From Carpediemonas membranifera BICM (Eukaryota; Protista; Fornicata), in the NCBI GenBank assembly GCA_019828565.1, contig JAHDYR010000002.1:62001-126000 (forward strand): a stretch of DNA of 64,000 nucleotides, written 5' to 3'. Positions 20,758 to 31,197 of the stretch are shown piece by piece. The notes under the pieces were generated by a model that saw only the letters and a list, made by a program, of their open reading frames with translations, was not told the origin of the DNA and searched no databases. How positions within the stretch are numbered: the first letter of the stretch is position 1; each line of letters starts with the position of its first letter. The position numbers and the translations under genes were made by a program.

Positions 20758-21778
20758 GCTGTGGCTGCTGGGATGACTGTTGCTGCTGCTTCTGAGCAGC
20801 TGGTGCCGGCTGTGGCTGAGCCGGTTTGTTGGCCGCTTGGGGCTGGCGTTGCGGCTGAGGTGCCGGTCTGGCGTCGCGGGCCGCGGCGGGGTGGCCTTTG
20901 GTAGCCTGGGGCTGTCCGGGCGTGCTGCCGCGGTGCGGGCAATCAGCCTTCCAGTGCATGCCTCCACACGAGCACGCGTATGGAGGAGGGAGCCGGCGCT
21001 CGCGGCGGGATCTGGTGTTGGCGTTCTGGCTATGTTTCGGGCCAGTGCTGGAGCTCGTGATGGAGCTCGTGCTGGAGGATGTGATGGATATGTCTTGAAT
21101 CACGCTTCCGAGGACTTCGCGGGCGTCAATGGCGTGCAGTATGAGCTCGCGCGTGTGCACAAATAAGCTATCGATGTCCCGGGCGCAAGAGAGGTCCCAC
21201 TTTTGCTGAATACGGTTGGCAAGTGAGACCGGGCGAAGGGCGGCGATAAAAGCTTTGGCGATGATCTTATCGAGTCCGCGGGTGGGGCTGGCTTTTCTCG
21301 GGGTGTCCTGCTCACTCGGCGTGCTGTCTGGCTTCTGGGTGATGACCTTGCTGAGGGCGGCCTCGTCTTCATCCACCTCGGCGGGCTCGGGCTCTGGCTT
21401 GGCGCCGAGCTCGGCGTTGAGAAGGGCATGGGCGTGGGAGCGCAGCTCCTTGGTCTCAGCCATGAGACGAGATAAGGCCTCGATCGTGGACTTGGTTCGG
21501 TCCTGCGTGAGGGCCCGGATTTCTTGGATGGTTTTCTCAAGGGTTCTCGGGAAAGAAAGAGCGGTGATTTCGGCGAGAAGTTCTGCGTCGTTGAGTGCTT
21601 CGACGTCGACGTTGCGGACAAATCGGACATGACTGACTTGATCCTCGGTGAGGCACTCGTAAGCCGTTATGACGGTTGTGGTAGGAGCATGCTTCTGCGC
21701 GAACGTGAGGGCGCGTTTGAACGCGCGAACGGACTCTCTAGAGAAGTCCGATAGTGATGGCGGAATCCAATTATTCAT
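20758..21778 (-). CDS. Gypsy gag (cut from pol by element 1)
   Basis: Starts just inside the 5' LTR; zinc knuckle CSCGGMHWKADCP; Q/P-rich tail. Confidence 0.85.
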
Positions 21779-21802
21779 TTCGGAAAGTGATCACTGTGCC
21801 GG

Positions 21803-22037
21803 TGGTGAAAATGGCCGAAAATGGTATTGCCCAGATGCAATTCCAGCCGTCCCAATAGCCCATGGAAAGCTGATAGGCTGGGATTGTCCGCCTCCTGCCC
21901 GCCTTTCCATCACTGCACAGTTCTTGCACAAACGACTGCATGATGTGACTCTGGTTGCTGTTGCAATTTGTTGTTCTGTGCCGGGGCGAAGAGATTGGAA
22001 CATTTACATAAACTGCGGACGTGGATGCCTTATGACA
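21803..22037 (-). repeat. 5' LTR (235 bp)
   Basis: Identical by eye to 6030-6264. Confidence 0.92.
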
Positions 22038-22184
22038 GTTCAAACCCAAGAAGCTGACTTCGTTGTTGGCGCATAGAAGGAAAGCCGAAGATTGGATTCT
22101 TGTTAAACTGCGGGTGACGCATCACCTGATTAAAACGAATTCTCGAATACCCGTCGTTTACGCCACAGTGATTAATCACTCCCT

Positions 22185-23880
22185 ATGGCTACGAAATTCG
22201 ACGTAAGTTCCCTTCCACTGCTCAACTCCGCCGCGAAGGAATACAAGCGGGAACTTCCTCATGCAAGATTTCCTACATCGTTCCTCAGATGCCTAAGCAT
22301 CAGCTCGCAGGAGTTCTTACGGGCCAATTGGAGACCCACCTCTGATTATAAGACCTTCGAGGACCTAGAAGACGATGTATGTCCCGATGCGGTAATCCGC
22401 AGCGCCATTAGGCGCGAGATGAAGCTCTCACTTCCCATCACGCCCCCAAGCACCTCCACGCCACCCCACAAGCAGGCAGTAGCCCGTCTAACCGCCGCTC
22501 TCGAAGAAGACCTGTTTATGCTCGCTGAAGCGGCGGCCGCGGCCTTTCCTGAAGGCCCGATGGCCGCGGCTGCACAGCGCCGCGCAGAAGCCGTATTCAC
22601 GGCTGCAGTAGCCGAGATCGACCACAACGCCCCGGTTTATGTGCCCCTCATCAACAAGTTCAACCCAGATGTCCCCTCCGCGACGACGAGTACGTCGCCG
22701 AGGTCAACGCAGCCCTGGCCCCACCCAAGCCGGCCGATGACGAGGCTGCCGCCACCAACAACTCCGACACGTCCAGTGACGAGTCCGACTGGGACGACGT
22801 CACCGACATTCGCGCCTACCTCCATGACGAGGCCGACGACATCGTAGCCGCCTGCTCCGTCACACTCATGCCGTCCCTGGACGTCGGCGCGCGCATCAAG
22901 TCCATCAACCTTCCCGGTGCACTCTATGGCAAAGCATCCAAACATCGCTCAACTATTGCCGCTTTGCGCGAGTTCATCGATCTCGTGAACACTGATGCTT
23001 CTGCTCCTGCACTGCAAGCCATTCCTTGGAAGGTTCTCGCCGCAAGAGTCAGAGAGCTTGCACTTAAGGGATTCTCCGCCGAAGCAAAGGACTATTTCGA
23101 CTCCTACATCATAGATGATGCAGAGGACATCGATGACGTCCTTGATAACCTTAGGGACCTCAAAGAGGGCCACGACGGTTACATCGTCGTTCCTTGGAGA
23201 GCATTCCGCACCGGCCAGCCCCCCGCAACCCCACGGTGAGCAAGCGACAGGCGGATCCCGCACACGCAAACACATAGCCCGCAAGATCAGCGGCCCAGAC
23301 CCGTATGTCCAGCTGAAAGACAAGGCGAACTACTACATCAACCCCACCTTCCGCCACTTCTGCGACTACCACGGATACAACTCGTCCCACGTCACTCAGG
23401 CGTGCCCTCATCTGAAGACACAGCGCAGTGCCGCCCCCAACCATCGCGTCCTATTCAACCAGCTGTAGTGGGTGCCAAGCCCAAGAAGGCCCCTGGCCAC
23501 CACAACAACCCTGACCGACCTGCAACAACGACCACCCAAGCGCCCAAACGCAACGCGAGAGCCCCTAACCCAGCGGCAGGCTGGACGCGAAACAAGGAGA
23601 CGAACCGGCTCGAGCGCCTCAGTCAATCCATCAACGAGGTCGACATAGACGCCGAGTCCGACACCGATGAGTCAATCGACGAAGTCGACACGTCAGCGCA
23701 GCGCGAAAACATCGGTAAGCCGATCTACCACGACATCCTCGTCAACGGCACGAGACTGCGGGCGAATCCTCGACCCGGCAGCCGCCAAGACCTGTATCTC
23801 GGAGGCCACGTTCGCCACGCTGAAGGAGGCCGGCCCGGTAATGATCACAAATCATGCTTACACGCTGAAGATGGGCACCA
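22185..23880 (+). pseudogene. Second LTR-retrotransposon remnant: gag plus start of aspartic protease
   Basis: Frameshifted ORFs; CDYH..SSH..QAC knuckle; ILVNG...ILDPAAAKTCIS protease-like segment; possible PBS TGGCGCA near 22067. Confidence 0.6.
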
Positions 23881-24700
23881 CTGGGATCAGCGAGGGGAGG
23901 CCCCGCGTATCCCGGTGGTACCAGTCCATGACAGACCTTGCAAAGAATAAGACAGCATGGAAATCAGCAGGCTGAAAACCAACGTAAGGGTACCCCTATC
24001 CGAGGCTCAAGTCTGACAGAGAGTGACACCTAACGACAAGATATGGACAAGGAAGCAGCCATGGACCACCCTCGCTGGGCGCAAAGCTCCGGGGATCAGT
24101 GAGAAAAGGCCCCACGTATCCCGGTAGCCAGGAACCAAAGCAAGGGAAGGAACGATTGCAAGGAAAGAACAGGGAAGGACAGATCAGAATTATGGAAGAA
24201 AGGACATGCGACAAGGACAGAGCAAGGACAAGGTCAAGGAAATCCATGTTCATATGGTTGTGTGGTTTGACTATACCTGTTTTACTGGGAGAATAGACTT
24301 CGACACAGGGGTGTCGAAGTCAATCCATAAATGTTCTTAAATTGTACTGACTGACACTGCCCCTCCATGCTCAACTGACTTGAGTATGAATAACTTGTGC
24401 CGGTAGGCCTCACAGGGGAAAGCCTGTGCTAACCTACTTCACCGTTGGCGGCTGGGGAATAGCCCAGTGCCCGGGAAGGGTACTCTGCCTTAGCTCGGTA
24501 ACCCTTGCTTCACCGTCGCTAACTGTGGGTAGCACAGCAGCCGGAACACCGTTGACACACTCTTACTGCCACGTAAGGGTGTCCGGTACAACCGTAGTTG
24601 TTCTGTGGTGACGTATCTCCAAATTGATTGACTCAGAATTTCGTGGTACCACTGTGTAAGTATTGCGTCATACGCTCAAGGGTTAGTCTTACCCGGGCTT
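23881..24700 (+). mobile_element. Possible 5'-truncated non-LTR (RTE-like) retrotransposon 3' end with structured UTR
   Basis: GRPRVSRW...DLAKNKTAWK-stop (23975) resembles the GRP..W...LA.DR..W terminus of LINE ORF2; hairpin-rich non-coding sequence follows. Confidence 0.3.
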
Positions 24701-25557
24701 ACCGCCCTCCCACGGGCCATTACTGGGCCGTATGGTCGTCGATTAGTTCATTCGGATCCTTATAATGCACAAATGGCTTCAGTTCGAAACCACCATGGTA
24801 TGCGGCCTTGAAAGCCCTCATTCTTACATAGCGTTCGAATAACGCCTCTAGAGGCCTCAAAGCCTCTTCGTTGCCGAGATATGGCCTTTTTTTTGCTTTT
24901 CTCGTTCGTCGACAGTTGGGACGCCGCGAATATTGCTCTATAACACTAACAACATCAGTATTCGTCTCATAGACGTATAAATCGTGATTTTGCGGACTTA
25001 TCGTCCTCAACAAGCGTTCATCGGGGTTCACCAAACGGACCCTTTCTCGGTCGGCGAATTCTGCCTAACCCGTCTGCTTTCGTAAATTACGCGTTGCACC
25101 ATGCTATTCAGCGTCCTGACTTAGCTGTGTGGAGATAAACTGGCCAAATTGGCCTGCCGGAACACGAGAATCGAGTTTCTTCGAGTCCTTGTGGCGCAAC
25201 ACAAGGTGGAATGCGCGGTAAATCTCAACCTGCTTCTCAACAGGGAGCGAGTCGACGCCGACTAGAGCCTTATGAACAGATTTGGCGGTGAAGTGGTCAC
25301 AAAACTTCCGTCGGAATGCCTCAATTGTGTCGGGAGAGTCAAAGTCGACCTCGCAGAGGTAGTTGCGGTTAGTTGCGTCACATATCGCGCGTAGTTTGGC
25401 AACTCCATAGTCGTGAACGTGCTGGCTTAAAGTGCGCTTCAACGGGAACCCGAAAACAACGTTGATCGTACGAATGCTGATCAGACGGACGCAAACGAAG
25501 AACAGAGGGTCATCAGAGACGATGCCGTGATCTTGCAGCCAGGTTATACGGCTCTTT

Positions 25558-26556
25558 GTGGATCAGGCGATCCATCAGTTTACTCAAGCAGAGTTGGCAC
25601 GCGCGAGTGAGGCTGGGCTTGAAGCGCTCGCCGATGAACTCGAGGACAACTGGGCTGAGCTTGTCAGGCGCGCCGAGGAGGCAACAGTGGAGCTTGACCG
25701 CTACGTTCCTCTCGCTGCCTTGATGGTACTGTTCCAGAGGAACAATGTGACTGGAGCCTTATGGACTCGGATCAATAGCACCATGATGAGGTACGGGGGC
25801 CAGAAGTTCATAACGGTCCCACCTCTCGACCTCGGTCTGTCGCCAGAGATGAAGGCTATCATCAAACAGCACTCTCCGACGCCTGCCAATGTTCCCCCTA
25901 TGCAGATATACTTACGGAGCGACGTTGATAGGCAGAAGTACATCGACGTGGAGTACGACAAGGTAGGCGAGCGAGTTCTCAAAGATCGTAAGAGTTGGCG
26001 GAAGATTGCAGTCAACCCGGATGGATTGTGCATCGGCTACTGCCTGCAGAAGGTTGAGAATGGCGAGTTCGACAAGAAGTTTGCGGCAGAGGAAGTGGCA
26101 GCAGTGAGGGAGGAGGTGCGCGCCTGGGGATTCTCCGATGCTGGCGAGAGGCTGAGGCTTGAGACGTCTAACGTGTTCGTGCCCACCCTGATGTTCGACG
26201 ATGCCACTGATTGGTACAGCAACTTTGGTGTCATGGCCTGGTCAGCTCTGAAGAGCAAGACTGTAGTCGTTATCTGGGTCAAGATGTTGACGTACCATGA
26301 CAAGTATATTGTGCGGATGCATTTGACGGAAGTTTATGAGTCCGGCATGGTCCGGCGTGGATCTGATGAAGATGTGGCTGCGGCGCAAGCTATTGTGGTC
26401 GTCAAGGATGAGCATGCGACGCTATTTGTCCGCAAACGTTCAAAGGGTGGTAAGAGAAAGGCTCATACGACTTATATCAAGCGCAAGGCAGTCGATAAGG
26501 ATCGCGAAAAGAGAGTTGTTGATGCCGAGGACGTTAAGCGTGGAGTTCCCGAGTAA
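25558..26556 (+). CDS. OTU-like protease (element 2)
   Basis: VNPDGLCIGYCL, WYSNFGVMAWS, DEHATLF; basic tail. Confidence 0.7.
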   Translation: MDQAIHQFTQAELARASEAGLEALADELEDNWAELVRRAEEATVELDRYVPLAALMVLFQRNNVTGALWTRINSTMMRYGGQKFITVPPLDLGLSPEMKAIIKQHSPTPANVPPMQIYLRSDVDRQKYIDVEYDKVGERVLKDRKSWRKIAVNPDGLCIGYCLQKVENGEFDKKFAAEEVAAVREEVRAWGFSDAGERLRLETSNVFVPTLMFDDATDWYSNFGVMAWSALKSKTVVVIWVKMLTYHDKYIVRMHLTEVYESGMVRRGSDEDVAAAQAIVVVKDEHATLFVRKRSKGGKRKAHTTYIKRKAVDKDREKRVVDAEDVKRGVPE

Positions 26557-26582
26557 AAAAAGAGATGTTTTGACATTTTAAT

Positions 26583-27391
26583 TCATTTCTTCCGCTTCTT
26601 GAGTGCCGGATACTGCTCCAGGAACCTTGTGAGATAGTTCGGATGAGAAATGGGCAGACTCGGGAACCTAGCAATGGTTAAGACCTCACCCGCATCAAAG
26701 AAGATCTCGCCGTAACTGATACGAAGAAACTCTTCGGCCTGAATGACGTTCGTCGACTCAACCGCAAGGACTGGAAGGTCCTTGAGCAAACGGTTGGTGA
26801 ACTGGCAGTTGGTGTCACTCTCACTGTGGTTGATGAGGTGTACACCAATGCCTTCACCTTCGCCGGCGTCGACGTGAATGTTGCTAGCGTCGAATGAAAT
26901 GCTGTGTAAAGGCATAATGAACAATGAACAAACACCATGTTGCTGTTATTCGCGTGGTAGTCCTCGTCGGACACAATCCTACCGGCGTAAATGCCGAGGA
27001 GCTTTCCGGGCTCAATTGCGGCAGTTGCAATGAGGCCTCTACCCACGTCCGTGTGGTCGGGAGCCAGACAAGGCTGCACCTCAACGGCAATGGAGGGGTG
27101 GGTCAGCCGGGTGGATAACCAACTCGGGGGTTCGAGGGGAGGAAGGTCCTTCTCGGCCTCTTTAAGCTCCCTGATCGACTCCTCGGGAGTGTTTGGGTAG
27201 ATCGCGGCGACCAGATCCGGATGCAGTGCCTGAGTATGCACAACAGATTCAATGATGGAATCTTCGCTTGAGGAATCCTCCTGAGAATCATTTGAAGGCG
27301 CAGACGGCGGCGTCTTGCCCGCAGTGGACGTAATGGGTATTCTGATACCCCCAGGCTGCGGCTTTGGTGGGAGCGCCTTTCTTCTCGCCAT
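26583..27391 (-). CDS. SET-domain methyltransferase (element 2), one frameshift near 26925
   Basis: MARRK start; GRGLIATAAI..G..LGIYAG, HLINHS, EEFLRISYG. Confidence 0.85.
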
Positions 27392-27576
27392 CTGATTTTT
27401 TTTTGCAAACGGACACGCGGTATTTCTCGGGATTGATGGGGCCGTCTCACACCGTAAAGGACACACATACAATATCTTATCTGTAACACCAGAATGCTTG
27501 CTTATTGTGGTCCATATCCTTCCCTATAGCTGGTTCGGCCAACTACCAGTGTTGGAAAAAAAGTGGTAGTTGCCAA

Positions 27577-28602
27577 ATGGAGAGGAAATTTGGCAAATTC
27601 GGTACCAGACGCATCAGCGACCATCCTCTCACGTATGAATGCGTCTGTGGAATCACTAGGCCGCGTTCTGACCTTCGCAACCAGGGCCTGAAGGAATATG
27701 ACGGAATCAGGTACACGCATGACTGCCCCTTCACCCTGAGCAAGCTTGTGAACCGCCGCATCGTTATCCTGCTCGAGCCAGTCCATGGCTTCGAAGCACC
27801 TACTTGTGCGAACCCGGTCTTCACTGTCACCGGGCTTGCTGGCTCCGAGGGGTACCACAAGCGCATGAAGGCCATCCTCGATCTCGTCAGCGACGAGTGG
27901 CTCACCACGGTTGCCGTCAGTTTCGTCTCGACGACCCACCTCGGCTCCATACTGCAACAGTTGGCTGCAGAATTCGCCAATTTCGAGACATTCTGGGTTG
28001 TTTCTGGCCACAGCGAGACCACAACGTCGAGAATGATCGTTAATGCGAGCGCTAACGAGTTCCTGTACCTTCACGATATCGTACAGATGATCCTCTTCGC
28101 TTTCCGTGAGCCATCCCTCGTCACCACCAGCCGGGTTCGGCTCATCTACTTCGCCACCTGTACCGGAGCGGACAATAGCGAGTTCTCTCTGCTTAAGCAG
28201 TCCATTTCGACCCAGGCATACGAGCATACGTGCATCATTCTCACTCCGGAGAAAATGCTTGCCAACGAACTCGTCCTGCAGGACTGCTTTTGGCTCTACC
28301 GCACTACATGCATGGACAACCCGCTCCACTTCGTCTCGCGTTACTTCTCCGGCTATGGGCTCGCACCTGGCACAGCAGGGAGACGGGTTATCGCGAATGG
28401 ATCAATGTCCATAACCCCGGGCGCGATTGAGATCCTCACAGCCACTCAGTTCCGCACGCCAATCCCTCTTCCCGAGATGGTCGACCTTGTTTCTGAGGTA
28501 CTTGCATATAGACCACTGCAGAGATCTCCGGCGGATGTTATGGCCTCGCGCTACATTACTGAGATGACAGTTGCGCACAGAGCGGCACTGGAAGACACTT
28601 AA
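27577..28602 (+). CDS. CHAT/caspase-fold protease-like protein (element 2)
   Basis: Colinear homolog of 18022-19026; WVVSGHS and LIYFATC retained. Confidence 0.6.
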   Translation: MERKFGKFGTRRISDHPLTYECVCGITRPRSDLRNQGLKEYDGIRYTHDCPFTLSKLVNRRIVILLEPVHGFEAPTCANPVFTVTGLAGSEGYHKRMKAILDLVSDEWLTTVAVSFVSTTHLGSILQQLAAEFANFETFWVVSGHSETTTSRMIVNASANEFLYLHDIVQMILFAFREPSLVTTSRVRLIYFATCTGADNSEFSLLKQSISTQAYEHTCIILTPEKMLANELVLQDCFWLYRTTCMDNPLHFVSRYFSGYGLAPGTAGRRVIANGSMSITPGAIEILTATQFRTPIPLPEMVDLVSEVLAYRPLQRSPADVMASRYITEMTVAHRAALEDT

Positions 28603-28625
28603 AGTTCAAAATCTCCCTATTTAAC

Positions 28626-29846
28626 TTACTCAATTGGCTTCATATCCGCCACCTTCTGGTAGACAGTCATACACTGGTCGCAGAACCTGACACGATAGTC
28701 CTGGCCGTCGAGATGGAACTCAGCATAGCTGAAGTGTTTCTCTTCGCAGAACCAGTTTAGGCACGCCCGGCAGACGCCAGTGTCCTTTGTCGACTTGTCT
28801 CCGTCCTTGATACACGCGTGACATCTGTTAGACCTTCCTGCCAGACTGCAAGCTGCGCAAACCTTTCTGTTCTTACCATCAATCCTCTTCTCTCTGACAC
28901 ACTGAAGATGCATGAACTGATGGCAGAGATAGCACGTTTCATACTCGTTTCTTTTCATGTTTGGGTTGAAGTACCATTCAGGTGAGGCACAAACAGCGCA
29001 TGCGAACAGTAACTTACGCTGATATAGCTTCAGAAACGTCGCTTGCTTGAGGGCGGGGACCTTATCGTTCATTTCAACGGCCTTGGGTGACTGCTTGAGG
29101 AGATCAGTGACAGTTGTGGAGAGTGAAGCCGTCACCATCGCGGCAACCTCCTTCAAGTCAGCCTCTTCGAGCCTCGATCGCTTCTGAGCAGGCTCATGCA
29201 TCTGCGCATCAAAATTAAGCTTCTTGACGGGGGAATCAGGCTTGATGGTAGCCAAGTCAGCTCTTTTTCTGAGCTTTGGTACCAATGTTGTCACTGGAGT
29301 CTTTGTGGGTGTCTCTGCGGGTGTTTCTGCTGGGGTACGTGGCTCAGGCTGGAGCTTGCGATGCTTGATCCTGATTACAACGGCTGGAGGCCATTGAATG
29401 CCGGTGCAAGTGATCAGACTGGAGACATCGTGGAGTCCAAGTCCCCGAAACAGCACAGACATCCTGTTTCTAAACTCCTGCAAGTGTTCAGCTGCATTTG
29501 CTCTGTCTCTGACAACCAGGTAGGGTATCTTTGTGCCAATGAGCTCTGTGCCACCCTTTCTACTTGCCACAAATGCCTGAATGGGCTCAGTAGTCGTGCG
29601 CCTGACGGAGTTTGCAATAGCAATCTTGCGAAAGCCGTTGCAGAGGCCCGATATCACATCCTGCATGCCAAGGAGAGCGCGATGAACGTCAGAGGTCGTC
29701 AGACCGATAGTTGGGATGTCCGCGACGTCGAAAAAGCATTCCAGGAAGCTAGTCACGAACAGCCGGCGGTACTCTGTTCTCTTATCCGATCCGCAAGACG
29801 TGCCCTGCGAAATCTCAGCTTTCTTCGCAGTTTCACTGGTCGTCAT
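28626..29846 (-). CDS. PHD-finger protein (element 2)
   Basis: CAVC...CYLCHQFMHLQC...CAAC plus a second Cys-rich finger; homolog of 19070-20293. Confidence 0.8.
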   Translation of the reverse strand: MTTSETAKKAEISQGTSCGSDKRTEYRRLFVTSFLECFFDVADIPTIGLTTSDVHRALLGMQDVISGLCNGFRKIAIANSVRRTTTEPIQAFVASRKGGTELIGTKIPYLVVRDRANAAEHLQEFRNRMSVLFRGLGLHDVSSLITCTGIQWPPAVVIRIKHRKLQPEPRTPAETPAETPTKTPVTTLVPKLRKRADLATIKPDSPVKKLNFDAQMHEPAQKRSRLEEADLKEVAAMVTASLSTTVTDLLKQSPKAVEMNDKVPALKQATFLKLYQRKLLFACAVCASPEWYFNPNMKRNEYETCYLCHQFMHLQCVREKRIDGKNRKVCAACSLAGRSNRCHACIKDGDKSTKDTGVCRACLNWFCEEKHFSYAEFHLDGQDYRVRFCDQCMTVYQKVADMKPIE

Positions 29847-29868
29847 ATTCTCATCTTAAACTGCGCAG

Positions 29869-30096
29869 GTGTTGACGACAATGTTACGGTTATCCACGAA
29901 CGAAAGGCTTAATCATATGACCAGTTGCATCCATGAAGTCGGCAAGATACAAGATTCTGTTCGAGAAATACGAAATCACATCACTGGGCTGAATTGCGAG
30001 GGGTTGGTGAATGAGAGGCTGAATGACACACAACACGTTCTGGAAGAGATAGGAGATATGTTTATAGATGGAATACAGCAACTTAAAGACCACTAA
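29869..30096 (+). CDS. Small helical protein (element 2)
   Basis: Homolog of 20400-20605 at the same position relative to the TIR. Confidence 0.6.
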   Translation: MLTTMLRLSTNERLNHMTSCIHEVGKIQDSVREIRNHITGLNCEGLVNERLNDTQHVLEEIGDMFIDGIQQLKDH

Positions 30097-30368
30097 CACG
30101 TTATTATCACTTTGAATAAGCAATGAATGGTTATGCAACATCAGCACCTACCTACGAATCACAAGAATGCCCCTAGCACGTCGTATGCAAGCAAAAATGA
30201 GACTTACCCGTACCTTCCGCACGTTTCTCTACGTTTCACAAACGTTGGTGAAACGTGTGAAATAGTGAAAAAGATACGGGTGAATCTCATTTTTTCTTGC
30301 AGTTTCTTGTGCAAAAGGGTGTTTATCCTCCGTATATCCCCGGATTAACTGGCCATTCTAACAGTATG

Positions 30369-31197
30369 TTTATGAGCCAGAAGGCTGTACGCCAGCTACC
30401 CAGGGACGCTGTATCAGTTGACACTGGAGAGTGGATCACTGTGACCCTAGGGGATAACCACAAGGTTCGGACGAACCAAGTAGCTACGCTCACCTTCCGT
30501 CTAGAACGGCTCGGCCCAGTGCCCATTACGACGACCTGGAAGTTCTATGTGCTTCCAGGTGAAGCCTTTAAGGTCCTATTGGGCTGTGACCTTCTTAGGT
30601 CGCTCAAGCTCATCGACGATGAGACACTCAACTTCAACCTCGAGAAGCTAGGCTCAGAGGACGAATCAGAGTGGGTTCCATTCACTCACAGATACCTCGA
30701 CGAGGATCTGAACACAGCTGAAGTGGAAGAGAACCACCCGGATATTCCGGACTCAGCGATAAAGCCCCCAGCTCGAAGAGCTCGTGTCCGCTTTCCCCGA
30801 TATTTGGGAAGAGTCTCTCCCCGCAGAAGGGTCTAACCTGGAGGAGATGACTATAGAGCTCGTAAACGAGCGGGACATTGTCCAGGCGAGAGCTAGAGGC
30901 CTTGCCGACGCGACAGCGGCGCTTGTAGCGACCGAGCTCGAGGAACTCTGGAGATCTGGAATTATCCGTGAGTCTCGAGGCCCTTACAGTTCCCCCATAG
31001 TGGTGGTGAAGAAAGGTCACAAGGGCTCCCAGAAAATCAGACTCTGCGTAGATTACAAAGAGCTGAACGACCTAACGATCAAGGACAAGTTCCCGATCCC
31101 AAATGTTAGACATTTCGTGGATCGCGCGGCAGGCTGCAAATATTTTGCAGGCCTAGACCTAAGGCAGGGGTACTATCAGATGAACATGAGTGAAGAG
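30369..31197 (+). pseudogene. Gypsy protease and RT N-terminal fragment (target of element 2)
   Basis: VLLGCDLL, YSSPIVVVKK, RLCVDYKELN, FPIP, LDLRQGYYQ. Confidence 0.85.

Larger units (their letters stand above)
6030..22037 (-). mobile_element. Ty3/Gypsy LTR retrotransposon with chromodomain integrase (chromovirus-like), interrupted by an 11.3 kb DNA transposon
   Basis: Two 235-bp LTRs, a PPT, and gag-protease-RT-RNaseH-integrase-chromodomain in Gypsy order. Confidence 0.92.
24720..30368 (+). mobile_element. Cargo transposon element 2 (right part; left end and transposase not seen)
   Basis: Same gene order as element 1 (OTU, SET, CHAT, PHD, small ORF). It ends gccattctaacagtatg, matching element 1 gccattcttacagtatg. 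The left coordinate is approximate. Confidence 0.85.

Noticed and set aside
24600-25560. Left TIR of element 2
   Set aside because: No CATACTGTTAGAATGG-like sequence found by eye; the left end is unresolved, and ORFs 24720-25034 and 25104-25442 are left unassigned.
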